Assembly (NCBI RefSeq): GCF_964213995.1
Contig: NW_027590120.1
Coordinates: forward strand, 248,001 to 312,000
Reading direction: 5' to 3'
DNA: 64,000 nt
DNA from: Mustelus asterias
Taxonomy: Eukaryota
Shown: piece by piece, positions 23,691 to 35,470 of the stretch
Numbering within the stretch: position 1 is the stretch's first letter
Layout of the letters: each line of letters begins with the position of its first letter
Translations under genes and position numbers: made by a program
Notes under the pieces: model-generated
Told to the model about the DNA's origin: nothing
What the model saw: the letters and a program-made list of their open reading frames with translations, nothing else
Database searches by the model: none

Positions 23691-25500
23691 TCCAGAAGTC
23701 AGTGTTGAGGGTGGTGAGGTATTGGGGAAGGTATCAAGGTCAAGGGTGGGTACCAGTAGAAGGTGGTTGAAGTGTGTCTACTTCAATGCAAGGAGCATCC
23801 TGAACAAGGTAGATGAACTTGGGGTGTGGATTGGTACTTGGGACTGCGATGTTGTGGCCATTACGGAGACGTGGGTAGAACAAGGACAGGAATGGTTGTT
23901 GGACGTTCCAGAGCATAGATGTTTCAGTAAGTGTAGGGAAGCTGGTAAAAGAGGTGGAGGAGTAGCATTGTTAATCAAGGATAGTTTAACGGCTGCGGAA
24001 AGGCACTTCGAGGGGGATCTGCACACTGAGGTAATATGGGCTGAAGTTAGAAATAGGAAAGGAGCGCTCACATTGTTAGGAGTTTACTGTAGGCCCCCAA
24101 ATAGTAATAGAGATGTGGAGGAAGAAATTGCTAAGCAGATTATGGATATATGTGGGGGTCACAGGGTAGTTGTCATGGGGGACTTTAACTTTCCAAATAT
24201 TGATTGGAACCTTTGCAGGTCAAATAGTTCGAATGGGGCAGTTTTTGTGCAGTGTGTGCAGGAGGGTTTCCTGACACAATCTGGGGATAGGCCGACAAGA
24301 GGTGAGGCCACATTGGATTTGCTACTGGGAAATGAACCGGGCCAAGTCTAAGATTTGGTTGTGGGAGAGCACTTTGGAGATAGTGACCACAATTTGGAGT
24401 CTTTTGTTATTGCAATGGAGATGGATAGGGCCGTACGGCAGGGCAAGGTTTACAATTGGGGAAGAGGTAATTATGATGCGATTAGGCAAGAATTAGGGGG
24501 CATAAGATGGGAACAGAAACTGTCAGGGAAAGGCACTAATGAAAACTGGAACTTTTTCAAGGAACAAATACTGGGTGTCCTTGATAGGTATGTCCCTGTC
24601 AGGCAGGGAGGAAATGGCCAAGTGAGGGAACCATGGTTCACGAAAGAGGTGGAATGTCTTGTGAAAAGGAAGAGGGAAGCTTATGTAGGGATGAGGAAAC
24701 AAGGTTCAGTTGGCTCGATTGAGGGTTACAAGTTAGCAAGGAATGAGCTGAAAAAGGGGCTCAGGAGAGTTAGGAGGGGGCATGAGGAGTCCTTGGCGGG
24801 TCGGATCAAGGAAAACCCCAAGGCTTTTTACTCTTATGTGAGGAATAAAAGAATGACCAGGGTGAGGTTAAGACCGGTCATGGACAGTACTGGGAACTTG
24901 TGTATGGAGTCAGTAGATATAGGCGAGGTGATGAATGAATACTTTTCTTCAGTGTTCACCAAGGAGAGGGGCCATGTTTTTGAGGAAGAAAAGGTGTTAC
25001 AGACTAATAGGCTGGAGGAAAAAGATGTTCGGAGGGAGGATGTACTGCCAGTTTTGAATAAACTGAAGGTCGATAAGTCCCGTGGGCCTGATTAAATATA
25101 TCCTTGGATTCTTTGGGAGGCAAGGGATGAGATTTCAGAGCCTTTGGCTTTGATGTTTGGGTCCTCACTGTCCACGGGGATGATGCCAGAGGACTGGAGA
25201 GTGGCGAATGTTGTTCCTCTGTTTAAGAAGGGGAGTAGAAATGACCCTGGTAATTATAGACCGGTTAGTCCTACTTCGGTGGTTGGTAAATTGATGGAAA
25301 AAGTCCTTAGGGATGGGAATTACGACCATTTAGAAGGATGCGGATTAATCCGGGATAGTCAGCACGGATTCGTGAAGGGCAAGTCGTGCCTCACAAATTT
25401 GATTGAGTTTTTTGAGGAGGTAACTCAGTGTGTTGATGAAGGTAGGGCAGTTGATGTCATATACATGGATTTTAGTAAGGCGTTTGATAAGGTCTCCCAT
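23659..25500 (+). pseudogene. CR1 ORF2 5' part (APE endonuclease to RT), outer element, with stops/frameshift
   Basis: NARS, ITETW, GDFN, SDHN, NYRPVS, QHGF and DFSKAFD motifs; stops at 24349 and 25093. Confidence 0.9.
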
Positions 25501-25915
25501 GAGTGTGACAGTTGGTGTCTCAGTGAGGGAGTGCTGCTCGGGCTGCAGTAGAGTGTGACAGTTGGTGTCTCAGTGAGGGAGTGCTGCTCGGGCTGCAGTA
25601 GAGTGTGACAGTTGGTGTCTCACTGTGGGAGTGCTGCTCGGGCTGCAGTAGAGTGTGACAGTTGGTGTCTCAGTGAGGGAGTGCTGCTCAGGCTGCAGTA
25701 GAGTGTGACAGTTGGTGTCTCAGTGAGGGAGTGCTGCTCAGGCTGCAGTAGAGTGTGACAGTTGGTGTCTCAGTGAGGGAGTGCTGCTCAGGCTGCAGTA
25801 GAGTGTGACAGTTGGTGTCTCAGTGAGGGAGTGCTGCTCGGGCTGCAGTAGAGTGTGACAGTTGGTGTCTCAGTGAGGGAGTGTTGCTCGGGCTGCAGTG
25901 GAGAGTGACAGTTGG
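25501..25915 (+). repeat. 8 x 50-bp tandem monomers forming the 5'UTR of the young CR1
   Basis: GAGTGTGACAGTTGGTGTCTCAGTGAGGGAGTGCTGCTCGGGCTGCAGTA at 25501, 25551, ... 25851, near-identical, plus a partial copy. Confidence 0.97.
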
Positions 25916-25971
25916 GGAAGTGTGGGGAAGTTTTTTGTTTTCTTTTTTTCTTGCTGGTAATAGCTTCAGGG

Positions 25972-26890
25972 ATGGCAGTTCAGGCAGTATGCTGCATCTC
26001 CTGTGGGATGTATGTGGTGAGGAAATCCAGTAGTGTTTCAGGAGATTTTAGTTGTAAGAAGTGCATTAGATTGCAGCTTCTGGAGGAGCGTGTAAAGGAG
26101 CTGGAGGGGGAGGTAGAGGAACTCCGCATAATTCGGGAGGCGGAGGTGGAAGTTGATAGGAGTTATAGAGAAATAGTAACTCCTAGAAATGAGGCTTGGG
26201 TCAATGCCAGGAGGAGGGGTAAGAAGCAATCGGGAAGACAATCCCCTGGGGCGGTTCCCCTCCATAATAGGTTTTCGGTGCTGGAGGCTACAGTTGAGGA
26301 GGAATCAACTGAGCATAGAGAGCAGATCTCTGGGGGTGAGCCGAGTGAGAAAGCTCAGGTGGTTAGGGGCTGTAAAAGACTGGGCCTTGTGATTGGGGAC
26401 TCCACAATTAAGGGGACAGATAGGAGGGTCGGAATTAAAGGTAGGGACTCAGGGTTGGTGTGTTGCCTACCAGGGGCTGGGGTCCGGGATGTGTCTGACA
26501 GGGTATTCAGGACTCTTAGGGGGGAGGGAGATAAACCACAAGTTATTGTACATGTGGGGACACACGACATAGGGAGGATAGGGGAAGGGGATATTAGGCA
26601 GGGATTTATGGAGTTGGGGTGGAAACTAAAGGCCAAGACTGACAGAGTGGTTATCTCTGGACTCTTGCCTGTACCACGGGATAGTTTAGAGAGGAATAGG
26701 GAGAGGGAAGGTTTGAATTCATGGCTGAGGGGATGGTGCAGGAGGGAGGGGTTCAGGTACTTAAGCAATTGGGGCTCGTACTGGGGAAGGTGTGACCTCT
26801 ATGAGAAGGATGGTCTACACCTTAATCAGAAGGGGACCAATATCCTGGGGGGGTAAATTTGCTAAGGCCATGCAGGGAGGTTTAAACTGA
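25972..26890 (+). CDS. CR1 ORF1 (zinc finger plus esterase), inner element; one extra G in a homopolymer at about 26847-26853 ends it at 26856 as assembled
   Basis: CISC...CKKC, GDS, HVGTHD and DGLHLN motifs. Removing one G gives ILGGKFAKAMQGGLN*, matching the outer ORF1 end ILGGKFDTALQGGLN. Confidence 0.85.
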
Positions 26891-26941
26891 TTCGGGGGGG
26901 GGGGAGGGATCCTGAGTAGTGGGGCTGAAAGTGAGGGATGC

Positions 26942-29761
26942 ATGGATGGGGACTGCAATGCACGGCATTGCAGAGGTGGGGTGGAGCAGGGTTTGAAATG
27001 TGTATACTTCAATGCCAGGAGTATTCGCAATAAAGTGGGTGAACTTGCAGCGTGGATCAGTACCTGGGACTTCGATGTTGTGGCTATTTCAGAGACATGG
27101 ATAGAGCAGGGGCAGGAATGGATGCTGCAGGTCCCGGGGTTCAAATGTTTTAGTCGAAGTAGGGAAGGAGGTAGAAGAGGGGGAGGGGTAGCATTATTGG
27201 TCAGAGATTGTATCACAGTGTCAGAGAGGAGGTTTGATGAGGACTTATCTGTTGAGGTAGTATGGGCGGAGATTAGAAATAGGAGAGGAGAGGTCACCCT
27301 GTTGGGAGTCTTTTATAGACCTCCTAAAAGTTCTAGAGAGGTTGAGGAAAGGATTGCGGAGTCAATCCTGCTTAGGAGTGAAAGTAATAGGGCAATTGTT
27401 ATGGGGGATTTTAACTTGACTAATATTGACTGGAATTGTTATAGCTCTAGCTCGTTAGAGGGGTCAGTTTTTGTTCAAAGCGTGCAGGAAGGTTTTTTGA
27501 CTCAGTATGTAGACAGGCCAACTAGAGGTGAGGCTATATTGGATCTGGTGCTGGGAAATGAGCCAGACCAGGTGCTAGACTTGGAAGTTGGTGTGCATTT
27601 TGGTGATAGTGACCACAATTCGGTTACGTTCACCTTAGTGATGGAAAGGGATAGGCATGAACCTCGGGCCAATGGTTTTAGCTGGGGGAAGGGTAATTAT
27701 GAGGCTATTAGGAGAGAATTAGGAAACATAGGTTGGACTAGGAGATTACAGGGACTGGGAACGTCCGACATGTGGAGTTTTTTCAAGGAGCAGCTACTGC
27801 GAGTCTGTGATAGGTATGTCCCTGTCAGGCAAGGAGGAATTGGTAGGGCTAGGGAACCGTGGTGCACCAAAAAAGTTTCTTTGTTGGTTAAAAAGAAAAA
27901 GGAGGCTTATGTTCGGATGAGACGTGAGCACTCGGGTAGTGCACTAGAAAGCTTTAGATTGGCTAAGAGGGAGTTGAAGAGCGAGCTTAGAAGGGCTAAA
28001 AGGGGACATGAGAAGACTTTGGCGGATAGGGTTAAAGAGAATCCTAAGGCGTTCTATAGGTATGTCAAGAACAGAAGGTTGGTTAGGGCAAGTTTAGGGC
28101 CAGTTATAGATGGCAGAGGGAAGTTATGTGTGGAACCGGAGGAGATTGGTGAAGCATTGAACCAATATTTCTCTTCGGTGTTCACGCAAGGGGACATGAA
28201 TATAGCTGAGGAGGACACTGGGTTGCAAGGGAGTAGAATAGACAGTATTACAGTTGATAAGGAGGATGTGCAGGATATTCTGGAGGGTCTGAAAATAGAT
28301 AAATCCCCTGGTCCGGATGGGATTTATCCAAGGATTCTCTGGGAGGCAAGAGAAGTGATTGCAGAGCCTCTGGCTCTGATCTTCAGGTCGTCGTTGGCCT
28401 CTGGTATAGTACCAGAAGATTGGAGGTTAGCGAATGTTGTCCCATTGTTTAAGAAGGGGAACAGAGACTTCCCCGGGAATTATAGACCGGTGAGTCTCAC
28501 TTCTGTTGTCGGCAAGATGTTGGAAAAAATTATAAGGGATAGGATTTATAGTTATTTGGAGAGTAATGAATTGATAGGTGATAGTCAGCATGGTTTTGTG
28601 GCAGGTAGGTCGTGCCTTACTAACCTTATTGAGTTTTTTGAGAAAGTGACCAAGGAGGTGGATGGGGGCAAGGCAGTGGACGTGGTATATATGGATTTTA
28701 GTAAGGCGTTTGATAAGGTTCACCATGGTAGGCTTCTGCAGAAAATGCAGATGTATGGGATTGGGGGTGATCTAGGAAATTGGATCAGGAATTGGCTAGC
28801 GGATAGGAAACAGAGGGTGGTGGTTGATAGTAAATATTCATCATGGAGTGCGGTTACAAGTGGTGTACCTCAGGGATCTGTTTTGGGGCCACTGCTGTTT
28901 GTAATATTTATTAATGATCTGGATGAGGGTATAGTTGGGTGGATTAGCAAATTTGCTGATGACACCAAAGTCGGTGGTGTGGTAGACAGTGAGGAAGGGT
29001 GTCGTAGTTTGCAGGAAGACTTAGACAGGTTGCAAAGTTGGGCCGAGAGGTGGCGGATGGAGTTTAATGCGGAGAAGTGTGAGGTAATTCACTTTGGTAG
29101 GAATAACAGATGTGTTGAGTATAGGGCTAACGGGAGGACTTTGAATAGTGTGGAGGAGCAGAGGGATCTAGGTGTATGTGTGCATAGATCCCTGAAAGTT
29201 GGGAATCAAGTAGATAAGGTTGTTAAGAAGGCATATGGTGTCTTGGCGTTTATTGGTAGGGGGATTGAATTTAGGAGTCGTAGCGTTATGTTGCAACTGT
29301 ACACAACTCTGGTGCGGCCGCACTTGGAGTACTGTGTGCAGTTCTGGTCCCCACATTACAGGAAGGATGTGGAGGCTTTGGAGAGGGTGCAGAGGAGGTT
29401 TACCAGGATGTTGCCTGGTATGGAGGGGAGATCCTATGAGGAGAGGCTGAGGGATTTGGGATTGTTTTCGCTGGAATGGCGGCGGCTAAGAGGGGATCTT
29501 ATTGAAACATATAAGATGATTAGAGGTTTAGATAGGGTGGATAGTGATAGCCTTTTTCCTCTGATGGAGAAATCCAGCACGAGGGGGCATGGCTTTAAAT
29601 TGAGGGGGGGTAGTTATAGAACCGATGCCAGGGGTAGGTTCTTTACCCAGAGGGTGGTGAGGGATTGGAATGCCCTGCCAGCATCAGTAGTAAATGCGCC
29701 TAGTTTGGGGGCGTTTAAGAGATCCGTAGATAGGTTCATGGACGAAAAGAAATTGGTTTAG
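26942..29761 (+). CDS. CR1 ORF2 endonuclease-reverse transcriptase, intact
   Basis: 939-aa open frame with APE motifs (NARS, SETW, GDFN, SDHN) and RT motifs (PQGSVLGP, FADD). Confidence 0.95.
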   Translation: MDGDCNARHCRGGVEQGLKCVYFNARSIRNKVGELAAWISTWDFDVVAISETWIEQGQEWMLQVPGFKCFSRSREGGRRGGGVALLVRDCITVSERRFDEDLSVEVVWAEIRNRRGEVTLLGVFYRPPKSSREVEERIAESILLRSESNRAIVMGDFNLTNIDWNCYSSSSLEGSVFVQSVQEGFLTQYVDRPTRGEAILDLVLGNEPDQVLDLEVGVHFGDSDHNSVTFTLVMERDRHEPRANGFSWGKGNYEAIRRELGNIGWTRRLQGLGTSDMWSFFKEQLLRVCDRYVPVRQGGIGRAREPWCTKKVSLLVKKKKEAYVRMRREHSGSALESFRLAKRELKSELRRAKRGHEKTLADRVKENPKAFYRYVKNRRLVRASLGPVIDGRGKLCVEPEEIGEALNQYFSSVFTQGDMNIAEEDTGLQGSRIDSITVDKEDVQDILEGLKIDKSPGPDGIYPRILWEAREVIAEPLALIFRSSLASGIVPEDWRLANVVPLFKKGNRDFPGNYRPVSLTSVVGKMLEKIIRDRIYSYLESNELIGDSQHGFVAGRSCLTNLIEFFEKVTKEVDGGKAVDVVYMDFSKAFDKVHHGRLLQKMQMYGIGGDLGNWIRNWLADRKQRVVVDSKYSSWSAVTSGVPQGSVLGPLLFVIFINDLDEGIVGWISKFADDTKVGGVVDSEEGCRSLQEDLDRLQSWAERWRMEFNAEKCEVIHFGRNNRCVEYRANGRTLNSVEEQRDLGVCVHRSLKVGNQVDKVVKKAYGVLAFIGRGIEFRSRSVMLQLYTTLVRPHLEYCVQFWSPHYRKDVEALERVQRRFTRMLPGMEGRSYEERLRDLGLFSLEWRRLRGDLIETYKMIRGLDRVDSDSLFPLMEKSSTRGHGFKLRGGSYRTDARGRFFTQRVVRDWNALPASVVNAPSLGAFKRSVDRFMDEKKLV

Positions 29762-30387
29762 GTTGGAGGGTCACAGTTTTTTTTTAACTGGTCGGTGCAA
29801 CATCGTGGGCCGAAGGGCCTGTTCTGCGCTGTAATGTTCTATGTTCTATGTTCTATGTTCTATGGTCGGCTTATGATGAAAGTAAGGAGGTGTGGGATAG
29901 AGGGAAAGTTGGCCGATTGGACAGGTAACTGGCTATCTGATCGACGGCAGAGGGTGGTGGTGGATGGAAAATTTTCGGACTGGAGGCAGGTTCCTAGCGG
30001 AGTGCCACAAGGATCAGTGCTTGGTCCTCTGCTCTTTGTGATTTTTATTAATGACTTGGAGGAGGGGGCTGAAGGGTGGATCAGTAAATTCGCTGATGAC
30101 ACCAAGATTGGTGAAGTAGTGGATGAGGTGGAGGGCTGTTGTCGGCTGCAAAGAGACATAGATTGGATGCAAAGCTGGGCTGAAAAATGGCAAATGGAGT
30201 TTAACCCTGATAAATATGAGGTGATTCATTTTGGTAGGACGAATTGAAATGTGGATTACAGGGTCAAAGGTAGGGTTCTGAAGACCGTGGAGGAACAGAG
30301 AGATCTTGGGGTCCATATCCACAGATCTCTAAAGGTTGCCACTCAAGTGGTTAGAGCTGTGAAGGAGGCCTATGGTGTGTTAGCTGT

Positions 30388-30887
30388 AGTCGCGGGCATT
30401 CAGCCTGGGATCTTCAGGTAAGCGTTCTCCAAGGCGGCCTTCACGACACACGACAGCGCAGAGTCGCTGAGCAGAAACTGATAGCCAAGTTCCGCTCACA
30501 TGAGGACGGCCTAAACCGGGATGTTGGATTTATGTCACATTATCAGTAACCCCCACAGCTTGCCCCCTGATCTTGCAGAATCTCACTAGCTGCTCTGTCT
30601 GGAGACAATACACATCTCTTTAACCTGTGTTGAATGCTCCCTCCACCCACATTGTCTGTACCTTTCAGACCTGGCTGGCTGAAGAGATTCGCATTCTAAT
30701 TAGTATTCTGTAACTTGATTTCTGTGTCTGTGCACTGTTTGAGAGCACATTTGCACTCCATCTGACGAAGGAGCAGTGCTCCGAAAGCTTATGGTATTTG
30801 CTACCAAATAAATCTGTTGGACTTTAACCTGGTGTTGTGAGACTTCTTACTATGTTTACCCCAGTCCAACGCCAGCATCTCCACAGC
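30388..30887 (+). mobile_element. Penelope-like element 3' fragment (GIY-YIG C-terminus plus pseudo-LTR)
   Basis: SRGHSAWDLQVSVLQGGL...RRVAEQKLIAKFRSHEDGLNRD* to 30549; hammerhead core at 30762; TSD TTAGCTGT at 30380-30387 and 30888-30895. Confidence 0.9.
30757..30794 (+). ncRNA. minimal type I hammerhead ribozyme motif (Penelope pLTR)
   Basis: CCAT-CTGACGA-AGGAGC AGT GCTCC-GAAA-GCTT-ATGG. Confidence 0.8.
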
Positions 30888-31499
30888 TTAGCTGTTATTA
30901 ACAGGGGGTTGGAGTTTAAGAGCCGTGGGGTTATGCTGCAACTGTACAGGACCTTGGTGAGACCACATTTGGAATATTGTGTGCAGTTCTGGTCACCTCA
31001 CTATAAGAAGGATTTGGAAGCGCTGGAAAGAGTGCAGAGGGGATTTACGAGGATGCTGCCTGGTTTGGAGGGTAGGTCTTATGATGAAAGGTTGAGGGAG
31101 CTAGGGCTGTTCTCTCTGGAGCGGAGGAACTTGAGGGGAGACTTAATAGAGGTTTACAAAATGATGAAGGGGATAGATAGAGTGAACGTTCAAGGACCAT
31201 TTCCTCGGGTGGATGGAGCTATTACAAGGGGGCATAACTATAGGGTTCATGGTGGGAGATATAGGAAGGATATCAGAGTTAGGTTCTTTACGCAGAGAGT
31301 GGTTGGGGTGTGGAATGGACTGCCTGCAGTGATAGTGGAGTCAGACACTTTAGGATCATTTACGCGGTTATTGGATAGGCACATGGAGCAAACCAGGATG
31401 ATAGGGAATGCGATCGCTTGATCTTGATTTCAGATAAAGCTCGGCACAACATCGTGGGCCGAAGGGCATGTTCTGTGCTGTACTGTTCTATGTTCTATA

Positions 31500-31810
31500 C
31501 ATAAGGTGAACAGTTGTAAGCTTTTTCCCAGGGCAGACGTGACAACTACAAGGGGTCAGAAGTTCAAGATAAGGAGGGAAAGATTCAGTGGAGATGTGCG
31601 GGGGAAGGTTTTTACACAGAGGGTGGTGGGGGCCTTGAACGCACTGCCAACTGATGCAGTCACTTCAGCCACATTTAAGACATATCTTGATAGGCATATG
31701 AACAAGCGGGGAATAGCGGGATATAAGCGGTTGATCAGGATAGGTAAACATGATTGGCGCAGGCTTGGTGGGCCGGCCTGTTCCTGTTCTGCAGTGTTTT
31801 TTGTTCTTTG
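31500..31810 (+). mobile_element. CR1 3' fragment
   Basis: KVFTQRVVGALNALP and 3'UTR. Confidence 0.8.
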
Positions 31811-31849
31811 ATTGTGTGTATGTTTGCGTTCTCTTGTGTCTGTTTGTGC

Positions 31850-31893
<44 letters not shown>

Positions 31894-32759
31894 TTATCAG
31901 TGAGATTGTGTTTGTGAGCATGTGTGAGTGAGCCTATGCGTGTGTGTATGTGTGAGAGAGTTGGTGGTCGCGAATTTCACACATGAATCACCCTCTGGAT
32001 GAAAAGAAAATCTCCTCACCTCAGTTCTAAAAGGTTTACCCCTTATCCTCAAACTATGACCCCTAGTTCCGGACGCCCCCACCATCGGGAACAGTCTTTC
32101 GGAATCCACCCTGTCTAATCCTGTTAGAAATTTATCATTGATATAAGATCCATTCTAACCCTTTTAATCTCCAATTGAGTGTGAGATGTGTGATTGGGTG
32201 TCAGAGTTTGTTACTCTGAGCGTGCATGCGTGTGTGCATGTGTATGAGTATCTGTCTTTGAGTGTGAGAGTGTAAGATTTACTGACTCAGTGTGTGATTG
32301 GCTGTGTGAGATAGTGTGAGAGAATGTGTTTGTGAGAGGGTGTGCGTGTCAGCGAGATTTTGTCTGTGTGTGAGAGAGCGAGAGCTCTGCATGTGAGAGA
32401 CTGGCAATGTGGGAGAGACAGAGACGGACAAATTGACCAAGTGTCTAATGGAGACAGACACACAGAGAGACGCAGGGAAAGATTCGCTAATATTAAAATG
32501 ATTGTGGATTTGCAATAGGCCACAGGCAGTTTTAGAATTCATGACCAATTTCATCATGGAGTGACATTCTGGAAAATTGACACTGCGGAACACAGAAGCA
32601 CACACACATAAACTTGGACAGAGACACACACACACATATAGAACACACACACACACGCACACACATATAGAAACACACACACGCACACACAAAACATGGT
32701 GGCAAAGAAACAGACAATGACTGATTAACATTTTGATTTCAAACAAATAAAAGCCCTGT

Positions 32760-33930
32760 GTAAACTGTCACTGGAGTGTGGGGTTAACCCAGCAAACTCA
32801 CACAGCTGGGGCAGGATTAAGCACAAGATGGAGACTCGAAGATAAGGCAGGGCTGACAGCAAACTGCGCACTGTCAGCAATGAGAGAAAGAATCAAAGAA
32901 ATACGATGTCTTCAACAACCCTGCAGATGGAGTGCAGTATAGATCAGCATGGTTGCTGCCAGATGGGTCTGTCCGCTCCAGGATGGCCCTCCTGTCGCAA
33001 AAGTTCACAGTAATGTCCACCGATGCCAAGCCGGCATTCTCTTCTGACCACTGTCTCCTCCTGGACGAGCATCACCAACTGAAAACCCACAAAGTGGGCG
33101 AGGCGTACACTGAAGCTGAAGGTAAAACTTTTGACCCTGGAGAACCTTGAATAACTCAGAAGGGATTACAAAGGTTGGAGAATCGTGATACCCTTATTTA
33201 ATTTGATTTATTATTGTCGCATGTATTGCGAAAAGTTTTGTTTCTTGCGCACTATGCAGACAAAACATACCGTTCATAGAGTACGTAGAGGAAAAGGAAA
33301 CGAGAGAGTGCAGAATGTAGTGTTACAGTCACAGCAAGGGTGTAGATAAAGACCAACTTAATGCAAGGTAGGACCATTCAAAAGTTTGACAGCAGCAGGG
33401 AAGAAGCTGTGTTTGAGTCCGTTGGTACGGACCCTCAGACTTTTGTATCTTTTTTCCTGACGGAAGAAGGTGGAAGGGTGAATGTCAGGGGTGCGTAGGG
33501 TCCTTAATTATACAGGCTGCCTTTCCCGAGGCAGCGGGAAGTGTCGATGGAGTCAATGAATGGGAGGCTGGTTTGAGTGATGGACTGGGTTTTGTTCATG
33601 ATCGTTTGTAGTTTCTTGCTGTCTTGGGCAGAGCAGCAACCATATCAAGCTGTGATATAATCAGAAAGAATGTTTTATCTGCTGCATCTGGAGAAGTTGG
33701 TGAGAGTTGTAGCTGACAGGCCAACTTTCCTTAATTGAGTCTCCATCGCTTTTTTGGAAAGCTATTAAGGGGAACCCCAGGAGGTTCTTCATCCTGAAAG
33801 GAGTTCAGAATGTGAGAGAGAGATGAGGGGAATGTCCCGACCCCGAAAAACCATCTGCTCCGGCTGCCGTCTATGGGGGTGGATACCAGGGAGGATTGCC
33901 AGGAGTTGAAGAAACCAGGAGATCTCCCGG
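32760..33930 (+). mobile_element. Tx1/L1-clade LINE ORF2 fragment (endonuclease end), split by a Rex1-type insertion
   Basis: W..PDGSVRSR, FSSDHCLL and KLLTLEN; after the insertion, WKAIKGNPRRFFILKGVQ and MGVDTREDCQELK. Confidence 0.7.
33200..33735 (-). mobile_element. Rex1-type LINE 3' end
   Basis: GGGAAGAAGCTGTGTTTGAGTCCGTTGGTACG and flanking sequence resemble Rex1 3' ends in reverse orientation; interrupts the Tx1 reading. Confidence 0.6.
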
Positions 33931-34302
33931 ATAATTTTTTCCCCGTGAACGAAGGTAATGGTCCTCTTTCCAACACTCTGACTTTGTTACTGTGGGGAGA
34001 AGTTGGCCCATTGTCCATATCAGTGACAGGGAACTCAGTGCTACCTTACAGAAAGAGATAGGGAGAGCACCTCGCCTCACTCGAGTTAACACAGGCCTGG
34101 ATTACATCAACTGCTTCACCAACAGAGTCGAGAAACCACTTACTGTATTGAATGTTCCTGAATTCCAGCAAGTTACCTGTTCAATTCTTCTCCAGTCTCT
34201 GTCAATTGCCCTTGCTCTTCACAATGTGTTTTGTCTCTGTCTAGCAGTGGTAGTTCACTGGGAATGTTCCAGAGACCTGAACACTTGAGGCAAACACTGG
34301 TG

Positions 34303-34730
34303 CACTACTGAGGGCGCACTGTCAGAGGATCAGTACTGAGGGAGAGCTGCACTGTCAGAGGATCAGTACTAAGGGAGTTCCGCACTGTCAGAGGGTCAGA
34401 TTGAAGGAGTGCTGCATTGTCAGAGGGTCAGTGCTGAGACAGCACCGCACTGTCAGAGGATCAGTCCTGAGGGAGTGCCGCACTGTCAGAGGGCCAGTTT
34501 GAGGGAGTGCTGCACTGTGGGAGGGTCAGTACTGAGGGAGTGCTGCACTACCAGAGGATCAGGACTGAGGGAGTGCTGCACTGTCAGAGGGTCAGATTGA
34601 GGGAGTGCTGCATTGTCAGAGGGTCAGTACTGAGAGAGCACCGCACTGTCAGAGGGTCAGTACTGAGGGAATGCCGCACTGTCAGAGAGTCAGTACTGAG
34701 CTGGTGCTGCAATGTCAGAGGGTCAGTACA
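34303..34730. repeat. 33-bp minisatellite (CAGTACTGAGGGAGTGCTGCACTGTCAGAGGGT), about 13 copies
   Basis: Period 33 (GTCAGAG at 34321 and 34354, etc.). Confidence 0.92.
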
Positions 34731-34992
34731 TTAGATAGTTAACCTAACCCTTCGGTACCCTCCTTGGCACATGGTACATTTGAATATGAATTTTGCTCTA
34801 CTCCCTCATCTCCACCAATTAAGTATTCGTGTCCTGCACCTCAAAATGGTTTCGTTATAATAAATACAAACAAGATACTGTATGATAATGCTTGTAATGA
34901 ATTGGACCCAGTTGTATTAGATTTCACGAAAATGCATTTACAAGATTGGTGTCTCTCTCAACTTAGAGAATTATATTTGCATTTAACACAGA

Positions 34993-35470
34993 GGGCCCGA
35001 TTTTACTATTTTCATTCTAAGTGAAATCTGGGTAAAGTACGGATCCGACTTAGAAGTCTGCTTCCAGACGCCCCCATACACTTTCAGCCATCTCCAGTCC
35101 TATTCCCGCTGTGGACGGGGCTGAGTGCGGCCGGAACGATCAGATCTCGGAACTGATCATGCGCAGTTAGAAATAAATTGGAGAAAGTGCGCCCGTGTCG
35201 GACCGCACCCGACCCGCAGAAAGCACAGAAAGCGGACCCGGAGTGACAAGCAGGAGCGAGGGTGTATCTCGGGCGGTGGGGGCGGGGGCGCAGATGGATC
35301 TCTGGCGGGGGTGCAGGGGGTCCGCTGTCACTCTGCGGGCGATCGGTGGGGGGAAGGGGGCAGGAGTGGCGATCGGTCTGGGTAGCGGGGTGTGGTGAAT
35401 AAGGGAAACAGTGATCTGTGTGTGTATCCCTTATTCACCCCCCAACCGCCCCACTACCCAGACCACTACT
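34993..35470 (+). mobile_element. second copy of the GGGCCCGATTTT-terminus DNA element, truncated in its hairpin
   Basis: Homologous to 21677-21100 in opposite orientation; GGTCTGGGTAG...CTACCCAGACC hairpin at about 35376-35465. Confidence 0.65.

Larger units (their letters stand above)
25502..29861 (+). mobile_element. young, near-intact full-length CR1 LINE nested in the outer CR1
   Basis: Tandem-repeat 5'UTR, ORF1, uninterrupted 939-aa ORF2 and (TTCTATG)n tail; ATG duplicated at the junctions (25499-25501 / 29862-29864). Confidence 0.95.
22385..31498 (+). mobile_element. full-length older CR1 LINE (outer element), interrupted by a young CR1 (25502-29861) and a Penelope fragment (30388-30887)
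   Basis: 5'UTR, ORF1, then ORF2 APE and RT with stops. ORF2 breaks at ...KVSH (25500) and resumes GRLMMKVRRCG (29864); ends in (TGTTCTA)n at about 31498. Confidence 0.92.

Noticed and set aside
25501-25915. CRISPR-like array (also considered for 3215-3560, 6305-6860 and 34303-34730)
   Set aside because: Head-to-tail tandem units without unique spacers, in a eukaryotic context with no cas genes.
21677-34993. Composite transposon bounded by the two GGGCCCGATTTT termini
   Set aside because: The element bodies point outward from the interval, so they are ends of two separate copies.
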